Assembly (NCBI GenBank): GCA_034436115.1
Contig: DAOTVY010000015.1
Coordinates: 19,276 to 83,275 of the forward strand
Length of the DNA: 64,000 bases
Direction: 5' to 3'
Source of the DNA: Chloroflexia bacterium
GTDB lineage: Bacteria > Chloroflexota > Chloroflexia > DTKN01
In this document: in pieces, positions 36,321-43,423 of the stretch
Numbering within the stretch: position 1 is the first letter of the stretch
Layout of the letters: each line of letters opens with the position of its first letter
Notes under the pieces: generated by a model
What the model saw: only the letters and a program-made list of their open reading frames with translations
Database searches by the model: none
What the model was told of the DNA's origin: nothing
Made by a program: the position numbers and the translations under genes

Positions 36321-38543
36321 TCAGCGCGGAATCCCCAAACTCGCGTGCCCGCCCTCGCGACCATGGAGGTACATGGCGCGCTCCACGACGATGGGTTCGT
36401 TGGCTTCCACGACCGTAGCGAGCGCAGCAGTCGATGGCAGGAGCTCGTTCAAAGGAATGGTCAGGCGGGAGCGCGCGGGCATACGGAAGCGATCGCTGGA
36501 GCGTTCTCCCTGGGTGCCCAGGAGCGTCACTGTCAGCTCCGCCGGTTCCCGGTTCGGATTCACCACCTGGAGCAGTGCCTCGAACGGCTCTGCCGTAGAG
36601 CCTTCCGCGAGATACCAGCGGCGTGCCGGGCGCGGTGCACCGAGGGTGGCATGGGCTGCCCGAAGCTCGTTGAAAAAGGTCACCCGTGCGACAGCGATCG
36701 GGTACGTGGCGGACACCTGCGCGGCAAGGGAAAGCCGGGGAAGGATGGTGTTCAGGTTCAGGCGCTGTTCGCCTGGCTGGATCGTGAGGAGCCGGCGAAG
36801 CGAGGTGCCATCGGTGGTCATCAGGGTCAAGGTAATGCCCACCGGATCCTCGCGGGGGTTCAGGAAGGCGAGGATGGTCCAGAAGGGCGCCTCTGTTTCC
36901 ACGCCCGGTATCGTCCAGGAACGGGAGAGAATAGGGGTGCCCGGCATCCCGTAGCCGCCCGTGCCGAACCGGACCTCCTGCTCCGCGACGATGGGGGCCC
37001 CCGCGCGCACGCGGCACCCTACGACCGTGCGCTCGGTATAGACACGGTGCAGGGGCAGCTCCAGACGCTCACCGGCAGGTGCCTGAAAAGCCTTCTCGAG
37101 AGCAACTCCGTTCGGCGCGAACACGGTCACGGTGATGGGAAGGTCCACAGGTTGTGGGTTCAGCAGCCAGAGGGTGGTGGTGAACCCGGCTTCCTGTGAA
37201 CCACCCGGCAGATACCATTCCTGCGAGAGCACATCCAGTCCCGCGCTGGCGTCGCTATCGGGGCCGTAATACAGGGCACGCTCGACGATCAGCGAGCTGG
37301 CCGGCGAAACCTTCGCCCAGAACCTGCCCTCCGGAAGCAGGCGGTTCACAAACAGGCTGGCCCGGGACCGAGCCGCCACCGACACGACCCCGCGCCGCGG
37401 AGCCCCCTGATCCGGGAAGAGCTCCCAGGTGGCTGCCGTGCGCCTCGGCCCGACGTTGGACAAAAGGAGCCACTCGTGTTCCTGGGACGCCGTTGCTCCT
37501 CGCACGAACCACCAGCGGTTCTGCCGCAGGGCGTGGGCCTCCAGCCGCGCAACGATCCGCTCTCCCAAAGCGGGGTCTCCTGGTGTCTCTAGATGCCAAG
37601 GCCCGGCCTCCGGAGGCCTGTCCTCCTGCCAGGCCTCGAGCAGCGCGACCAGGGCGTCCTCAGCGCTGGGCGGAAACGGTTCGCTCGGCGTCCCACCCAC
37701 CACACCGATGTGCAGCACATCCCCGCCGAGGATGTCACCCCCCTGATAGACGATCCCCTGCGCATCGACCAAGTACCCGTAGGCCAGTTGCGCAAAGCCA
37801 AGGGCTTCCCGCTGGAACCGCTGGATCGTCCGCAGGGCGGGTGCGGTTGGGGCAGCACCCGTAGCGAGCGCCGCTGGCCGTATTTCCACCCGTGTCACGG
37901 CCGACGTGCCAACGACGCCTTGAGGGGAGCTCACCTCCCCGCCCCAATCGGTCACAGGCACCGGGCGAGGTTGCCCGTCGGGCTCTTCCCATGGAGGGCG
38001 GCCCTGCGGCAACGGCCCCTCGTCGAAGGCCAGATAGACCAACACCACTTCCTCCACGGCTGGCCCGCCGCCTTCCCCAGCGAGGAACGTGATCCGATAC
38101 TGTAAGACATCGCTCTCTGCAGGAAAGAGGGCCAACGGTTCGCCCGCCGTCCGTCCTTCCGGGTCCATCCATGGGCCGGGAGCGATCGCTATCCACTCGC
38201 TCCATTCCCCAGAAACGCCGCGAGCCCGCACGGCGAAGGAAACGGAGGCCCCCTCAGGCACGCGCGCGCGGAATAGCACTCCCGCCGCCCGCGAGGGAAA
38301 AGGGAGCACGTGTTCTGCGGAGGTATAGCGCCCTTCTTTCTGCCCGTCGATGAGGCGCAGTTCGCCGTCCCCCACGGTCGCTACCACCGTGGCGTCCAGG
38401 ACGCCGGAAAGGAAATCCGCCACCGTAGTCTGTACCCACCTTCCCACGGGGGACGTCGGAGCCGCGCTCGTCACCGGCACCGCGGCAAGTCCGAGGCAAA
38501 CCAGGAACAGTACTGCCACAAACCGCGCAGGGAGGTTTCGCAT
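36321..38543 (-). CDS. Secreted protein with amidase_2/PGRP-like central region and four W(Y/W)-x-x-x-G repeats (DUF5719-like)
   Basis: Signal peptide; LAYGYLVDAQGIVYQG; repeats starting WWFVRGAT, WYLPGGSQ, WTIPGVET, WYLAEGST, each with an LxNP-type strand. Confidence 0.65.
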   Translation of the reverse strand: MRNLPARFVAVLFLVCLGLAAVPVTSAAPTSPVGRWVQTTVADFLSGVLDATVVATVGDGELRLIDGQKEGRYTSAEHVLPFPSRAAGVLFRARVPEGASVSFAVRARGVSGEWSEWIAIAPGPWMDPEGRTAGEPLALFPAESDVLQYRITFLAGEGGGPAVEEVVLVYLAFDEGPLPQGRPPWEEPDGQPRPVPVTDWGGEVSSPQGVVGTSAVTRVEIRPAALATGAAPTAPALRTIQRFQREALGFAQLAYGYLVDAQGIVYQGGDILGGDVLHIGVVGGTPSEPFPPSAEDALVALLEAWQEDRPPEAGPWHLETPGDPALGERIVARLEAHALRQNRWWFVRGATASQEHEWLLLSNVGPRRTAATWELFPDQGAPRRGVVSVAARSRASLFVNRLLPEGRFWAKVSPASSLIVERALYYGPDSDASAGLDVLSQEWYLPGGSQEAGFTTTLWLLNPQPVDLPITVTVFAPNGVALEKAFQAPAGERLELPLHRVYTERTVVGCRVRAGAPIVAEQEVRFGTGGYGMPGTPILSRSWTIPGVETEAPFWTILAFLNPREDPVGITLTLMTTDGTSLRRLLTIQPGEQRLNLNTILPRLSLAAQVSATYPIAVARVTFFNELRAAHATLGAPRPARRWYLAEGSTAEPFEALLQVVNPNREPAELTVTLLGTQGERSSDRFRMPARSRLTIPLNELLPSTAALATVVEANEPIVVERAMYLHGREGGHASLGIPR

Positions 38544-38552
38544 CTCGCCCTC

Positions 38553-40508
38553 CTAGTCCTGAGGGCTGTAGTCGACCCCGGGAGTGTAGACGTTGCCCGC
38601 GTTCCAAAGACACCACCCCCAGCCGCCTCCGTCCCAGACCGCGCGGATCTGCGCCGCAACCTCTTCCGGGCCGTAGGGTGGCGACCCGAGGTCAAAGTCC
38701 TGCAGCCAGGGCCGCACCAACGCACGCTGTGTCTCCGTCATCTGCGCATGGGCACGGATCACCGTTTCCCGTACGATCTCGTACGGGCAGGCATTCGGGT
38801 TGGCACACCCCAGCTCTCCAGGCGAGTAATGGGAAGGATAGGACATCGGGCAGAGATAATCCAAATAGTAGGTCATCCTGGAGATGTCCTGGCCCTGTTC
38901 CCACATCTTGCGCCAGGCGGCATAGCCGAACACATCGGCGGAGATGAAGGCGCCCGTAGGCGCGAGTTGCTCATAGGCGTACTGCACGAAAGAGGAAATC
39001 GCGTCGTACTGTCTCTCGATGCTCGTTTCCTCGGAGTAAGCGATGATGCTGGTGTCTCCGTCCGTGGGGAAACGGATGTAGTCGAACTGCACTTCGTCAA
39101 ATCCCAGCTCCGCCACCTCGCGCGCGATCGCGACGTTGTACTCCCAAACCTCGCGCCGGTAGGGATCGGTCCAGCGGAGGCCCGCGTGGTTTCGCCAGAG
39201 CCCTCCCCATTGGTTGTGGATCGCCCATTCGGGGCGGGCGTCGGCCAGGCGGCTGTCCTCGAACACGACGATATACGCGATGGTGTAGATCCCCCGCTCC
39301 TTGCATTGCCGTAGCACGTCACGAATATCGAAGCGGGGGTCGGCCAGACCAAGCTCCTGGGCCAACGGAACCTGCGTGTCGTAGGTCACCGCCCCGTAGG
39401 CATCCTTGACCTCGATCACGACGGCGTTCAGTTCGGTCTGATCCACCCAATCGAGCAGCCGGCCAAACCAATCCGGCGTGCCGGCCACAAACCCGGTGAT
39501 GTAGATCCCTTGCACCGCGAATGGGGAAAGGGTCACCGTCACGCTCGTCTGGTCGGTCACGGTGATCACAGCCCGGGAAAAGCCAGGCGCCAGCACCTTC
39601 AGTACCTCTGGTTCACCGATGTCTTCCAGATGGAAGCGTCCGGACTCGCCCGTGTGGACATACCCGCCGCTCCAGACGACGCGCGCCTGAGCAATCGGCC
39701 GGCCATCGCGGCCATCCCGCACCACCCCATCCAGGAAGGCGGGGCGCAGGCGGATGTCCAGGCGCGTTGTCGGGCCGGGCACGGTCTCCAGACTGCGGTA
39801 CCCTCGGGCGCGCACCAGGAGACGGAAATCCTCGGGCAATCCGGTCAGCCGGTAATGACCTGCGGCGTCGGTGGTCGCGGTCAGCGGGGTCGTGGCCAGC
39901 GCGGTAACGGTCGCCCCGCTGATGGGCCGATCGCTGTACTGGTCCTGCACCGTGCCCTCGAGCGTGTTCGGACGCAGGACGATGCCCACGGTGGTGGTGG
40001 CAAAAGAGCCGCGATAGGGCGCGTAACCCAGCGCCTGAACGGTCAGGGTGAACGGGAAGGAAGGGTTGAGGACCACGAACTCTCCCCTGGTACCGCTGGT
40101 CGCGCTCTGCCCACCCAGGCGCACCTCGGCGCCGGAGACCGGCTGGCCGGTATAGCGATCGGTGATGCTGCCCTGCACCCGATCCGGGTAGAGCTCCACC
40201 TCGGCACGGGCCTCGGGCGGTTCGCCGGCGGGAACCAGCCCCTCCAGGACACGCTCCACCGTCTGGTAGCCGCTCGCGCTCACACGCAGCACATCGCCAG
40301 GGGTCCAGCGCACCAGGCGGCAGAGCCCAGCTTCGTCGGTGCGTGCCTGATCCTTGGCCAGCGCACAGCGCGCTCCACGAATCGGGCGGCCGTTCAATCC
40401 ATCCCGCACCATGACCACCAGGACGGGATCATCGGGACGGCAGGCAACGAGGCTAGGCAGGAGAAAGAGAAAAAGGGCCAGGACCGTCAAGCACCTCATC
40501 CGGCACAT
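38553..40508 (-). CDS. Lipoprotein with several carboxypeptidase-regulatory-like Ig domains and a C-terminal putative glycoside hydrolase (DUF4015-like)
   Basis: Lipobox LVAC; repeated D..tG.PI.GA.V domains; LNAVVIEVKDAYG, GFDEVQFDYIRFPTDG, ISADVFG, PMSYPSHY, RPWLQDF, WNAGNVY. Confidence 0.85.
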   Translation of the reverse strand: MCRMRCLTVLALFLFLLPSLVACRPDDPVLVVMVRDGLNGRPIRGARCALAKDQARTDEAGLCRLVRWTPGDVLRVSASGYQTVERVLEGLVPAGEPPEARAEVELYPDRVQGSITDRYTGQPVSGAEVRLGGQSATSGTRGEFVVLNPSFPFTLTVQALGYAPYRGSFATTTVGIVLRPNTLEGTVQDQYSDRPISGATVTALATTPLTATTDAAGHYRLTGLPEDFRLLVRARGYRSLETVPGPTTRLDIRLRPAFLDGVVRDGRDGRPIAQARVVWSGGYVHTGESGRFHLEDIGEPEVLKVLAPGFSRAVITVTDQTSVTVTLSPFAVQGIYITGFVAGTPDWFGRLLDWVDQTELNAVVIEVKDAYGAVTYDTQVPLAQELGLADPRFDIRDVLRQCKERGIYTIAYIVVFEDSRLADARPEWAIHNQWGGLWRNHAGLRWTDPYRREVWEYNVAIAREVAELGFDEVQFDYIRFPTDGDTSIIAYSEETSIERQYDAISSFVQYAYEQLAPTGAFISADVFGYAAWRKMWEQGQDISRMTYYLDYLCPMSYPSHYSPGELGCANPNACPYEIVRETVIRAHAQMTETQRALVRPWLQDFDLGSPPYGPEEVAAQIRAVWDGGGWGWCLWNAGNVYTPGVDYSPQD

Positions 40509-40562
40509 GCGGCATCCATTCCTTTCCGATAGAGGGAGTCACCCAGCCTTCAACTCGGCCGG

Positions 40563-40591
40563 ATTATAACAAAAAAAGGCGCCGCTGTCCA
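40563..40591 (-). promoter_or_regulatory. Promoter of the DUF4015 gene, embedded in the upstream terminator
   Basis: TGGACA-17-TATAAT with extended TG. Confidence 0.6.
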
Positions 40592-40602
40592 CAAGCGGCG
40601 CC
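40571..40602 (-). terminator. Intrinsic terminator after the cbiM/nikM gene
   Basis: 9-bp stem GGCGCCGCT/AGCGGCGCC followed by T7 on the minus strand. Confidence 0.85.
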
Positions 40603-40645
40603 CTTTGCCGCGCAACGGGCGACGGGGACCGATGAAAGAGGCCCA

Positions 40646-41671
40646 TCAGCCCGCGGTCTCTTCCTGGCCCGTCCCTCGCCGTGGGGCCTCAAAAAGGCGT
40701 CCCAGCAGCCACAGCACCAAAACGGTGGCGCCCACCCCCAGAAGCGCCGACACGACATACCCCACCTTCTCCCCCAGGAAAGGCACGGCATAGTCGGGGA
40801 TCGGCGCCTGCCACAGTTCGCTCAGCCGTTCCATGCCGGCCGGGATGAAGCTCAGCCCCGGGATCTCGTCGAGCCCCCACTCGCCCCAGGCTGTACCGGT
40901 AGCGAGCAGCCCAAGGGGCGAAAGAAGGATCAGGAGACCGAGAATGCCCCAGAGGATGTAGACCGGCTTGCGGGCCTGCCCCTCGAGAACCGGCTGCGCC
41001 GCGGGGTCGAGCAATTCCCGGTGGGCCCGCTGCAAGTAGGCAACGACCAGCCCGGTGAGCACCGCCTCCACCGGGCCAGCGATCAGGAGATGCCCGCCCA
41101 TCATCGCAGGGATAGCCACCTCAAGGCCGTAGGGCGCATAGAGCGGGGTACCATCGGCCGCGTGGAACAGCAGGGGCTGGATGCCGAATTCGAGCGCGGT
41201 GAGGAACGCGGCCACGTTCAGCCCCACGTAGCCGGCGACGGCCGCCGCGACGATCCGCCTGGGCGCTTCGAGGGGCGAACGGCCGGCGATCGCCCGGTAG
41301 ACGGCATAGCCGACAAAGGGCATCACTACGGCCATATTGAAACAGTTCGCGCCGATCGCCAGGATACCCCCGTCTCCAAAGAAGAGGGCCTGGATGATCA
41401 GAGCTGCGGAAATCGCCAGCACCGCGTCCCAGGGTCCTAACACAATCGCCGCAATCACCGCGCCAACCGCATGGCCGGTGGTGCCGCCAGGCAACGGGAC
41501 GTTGAACATCATCACCACGAACGAGGCCGCCGCAAAGAGGGCGACGAGCGGCAGCCGCCGTCCGCGCACCCACCCCCGAACGCGCTGCAGCGCCCGAACC
41601 CAGAAAGGCGCCACAGCCGCGTACATCACAATGGAAGTGGATGGGCTCAAGTAGCCGTCCGGAATGTGCAT
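40646..41671 (-). CDS. cbiM: ECF-type Ni/Co transporter substrate component, CbiM/NikM fused to a PDGLE (NikN-like) domain
   Basis: N-terminal MHIPDGYLSP, FNVPLPGGTTGHAVG, QALFFGDGGILAIGAN; C-terminal WGEW...WQAPIPDY; ATG 41671. Confidence 0.9.
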   Translation of the reverse strand: MHIPDGYLSPSTSIVMYAAVAPFWVRALQRVRGWVRGRRLPLVALFAAASFVVMMFNVPLPGGTTGHAVGAVIAAIVLGPWDAVLAISAALIIQALFFGDGGILAIGANCFNMAVVMPFVGYAVYRAIAGRSPLEAPRRIVAAAVAGYVGLNVAAFLTALEFGIQPLLFHAADGTPLYAPYGLEVAIPAMMGGHLLIAGPVEAVLTGLVVAYLQRAHRELLDPAAQPVLEGQARKPVYILWGILGLLILLSPLGLLATGTAWGEWGLDEIPGLSFIPAGMERLSELWQAPIPDYAVPFLGEKVGYVVSALLGVGATVLVLWLLGRLFEAPRRGTGQEETAG

Positions 41672-41682
41672 AGGACACCTCC

Positions 41683-42117
41683 TTACGCCTCGCCTTTCGC
41701 CTGGCAATCTGCACAGACGCCCGTGACCGATAGGTGCTGGAGATCGGGTTCGAAACCGTAACGCGCGCGGCAGCGCTCGCCCAACGGCTCCAGCAAGTTT
41801 TCCTCCGCTTCGATCACCCGGCCACAGTGGCGACAGACGAGGTGGAGATGGGGGCCGTGGCGCGCTGTCGCGTAAACGATCCTCCCGCTCCCCAGGTCAT
41901 TCCGACTGGCCAGACCTTCGCTGACGAGAAAGTCCAGCGTCCGGTAGACGGTCGCCAGGTTGATGGAGCGCGTGCGGGCCTGCACCTGCGCGTAGACTTC
42001 TTCGGCCGTCACGTGCCGGCCGCTGTGGGCGATCGCCTCGATGACCATCTCCCGCTGGGGAGTGATTCGGTAGCCTTTTTGGCGCAGCGCGGCAATCAGT
42101 GTATGGCAATGGGGCAT
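41683..42117 (-). CDS. Fur family metalloregulator
   Basis: GYRITPQREMV, HVTAEEVY, INLATVYRTL, HLHLVCRHCG, GVCADC; ATG 42117 behind AAGGAG. Confidence 0.95.
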   Translation of the reverse strand: MPHCHTLIAALRQKGYRITPQREMVIEAIAHSGRHVTAEEVYAQVQARTRSINLATVYRTLDFLVSEGLASRNDLGSGRIVYATARHGPHLHLVCRHCGRVIEAEENLLEPLGERCRARYGFEPDLQHLSVTGVCADCQAKGEA

Positions 42118-42133
42118 TGCAACTCCTTGCTCT

Positions 42134-42179
42134 TGCAATTATTCGCACATATTCTACCATAGGGCTGTCCAAATGTCAA
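42134..42179 (-). promoter_or_regulatory. Promoter of fur-cbiM with a downstream near-palindromic candidate operator
   Basis: TTGACA-17-TAGAAT (42179-42151) with extended TG; TGCAATTATTCGCA (42134-42147) lies at the start-site/leader. Confidence 0.7.
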
Positions 42180-42274
42180 CTCCGCAGGGAACTACGCGCG
42201 CGCCACGTTCTTGGACAGCGACAAAGGATGGAGTATAATGGGTCCAGGAGTAGGAGCTCGTACAAGGAGGAACG

Positions 42275-43321
42275 ATGGGCCGCCGAATCGATCTGCGCAG
42301 CGATACCGTCACCCTGCCTACGCCCGCGATGCGCCGAGCGATGTACGAAGCCGAGGTGGGCGACGACGTCTGGGGCGAAGACCCGACCGTGATCCGGCTC
42401 CAGGAAATGGCCGCCGAGCGGATGGGAAAGGAAGCCGCGCTCTTTGTCGCAAGCGGCACGATGGGCAACCTGGTCTCTTTGCTCGCCCACTGCCGGCGCG
42501 GGGATGAGGTCATCCTGGGAAACGAATGCCATATCGTCCACTACGAAGTGGGAGCAGCAGCAGTGTTCGGCGGGCTGGTGTACCACACCGTTCCTACCAC
42601 GCGCTTTGGCGAACTCCCGTTGGAAGCAATCGAAGCGGCCATCCGGGGGCCGAATGTCCACTTTCCCCCAACCGGTTTGATCTGCCTGGAGAACACCCAT
42701 AACCGCTGCGGGGGAACTGTCATTGGCCCCGAGTACATGCGCCGGGTGCGCGAACTGGCCGACCGCTATCGGCTGCCCGTCCACCTCGACGGCGCACGCA
42801 TCTTTAACGCAGCCATCGCCCTCGGGGTCGACCCCCGGGAACTGGCCCGCCACGCGGACTCGGTGATGTTCTGCCTGTCCAAGGGGCTCTCTGCGCCGGT
42901 GGGTTCGCTCGTGTGTGGCACGAAAGAGTTCGTCGAGCGTGTCCACCGGATGCGCAAGATGGTCGGGGGAGGCATGCGCCAGGTCGGGGTCATCGCGGCC
43001 GCAGGGATCGTTGCCTTGCAGGAGATGGTGGACCGCCTGGCCGAGGACCACGAGAACGCCCGCCGGCTGGCCGAAGGCCTGGCGAACATCCCTGGATTGG
43101 CGGTCGACCTGGAAACGGTTCAGACCAACATGGTGATGTTCTACCCGACCGATCCGCGCTGGAGTACGGAGACCTTGAGCCAGGCACTCTGCTCGGAGGG
43201 AGTGCTCGTGTCCTACCTGGGGCGTACCAAGATCCGCGCCGTCACCCATTACGGCATCGAGCGGACGGACATCGAGGAGGCGCTGGAACGGATCTCCCAA
43301 GTGGTGCGGCGGGGGCCGTAA
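42275..43321 (+). CDS. ltaE: Low-specificity L-threonine aldolase
   Basis: DLRSDTVTLPT, VGDDVWGEDPT, SGTMGN, CLENTHNRCGG, HLDGARIFNA, CLSKGLSAPVGS, GGGMRQ; TATAAT at 42234-42239 upstream. Confidence 0.95.
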   Translation: MGRRIDLRSDTVTLPTPAMRRAMYEAEVGDDVWGEDPTVIRLQEMAAERMGKEAALFVASGTMGNLVSLLAHCRRGDEVILGNECHIVHYEVGAAAVFGGLVYHTVPTTRFGELPLEAIEAAIRGPNVHFPPTGLICLENTHNRCGGTVIGPEYMRRVRELADRYRLPVHLDGARIFNAAIALGVDPRELARHADSVMFCLSKGLSAPVGSLVCGTKEFVERVHRMRKMVGGGMRQVGVIAAAGIVALQEMVDRLAEDHENARRLAEGLANIPGLAVDLETVQTNMVMFYPTDPRWSTETLSQALCSEGVLVSYLGRTKIRAVTHYGIERTDIEEALERISQVVRRGP

Positions 43322-43423
43322 GTTACACGTCATACGGATGACAGGGAACGGCTACCGGCCAGGCGGTATGGAGGTCGTTTGCGCTAGAGCCCGTGCGCGC
43401 GGTGCACCGGCAGGGAGGTTGGG

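Noticed and set aside
36291-36323. Selenocysteine insertion at the TGA of the 740-aa secreted protein
   Set aside because: No convincing SECIS hairpin follows the TGA and the position is not a redox or catalytic Cys context; generic read-through or a separate small ORF fits better.
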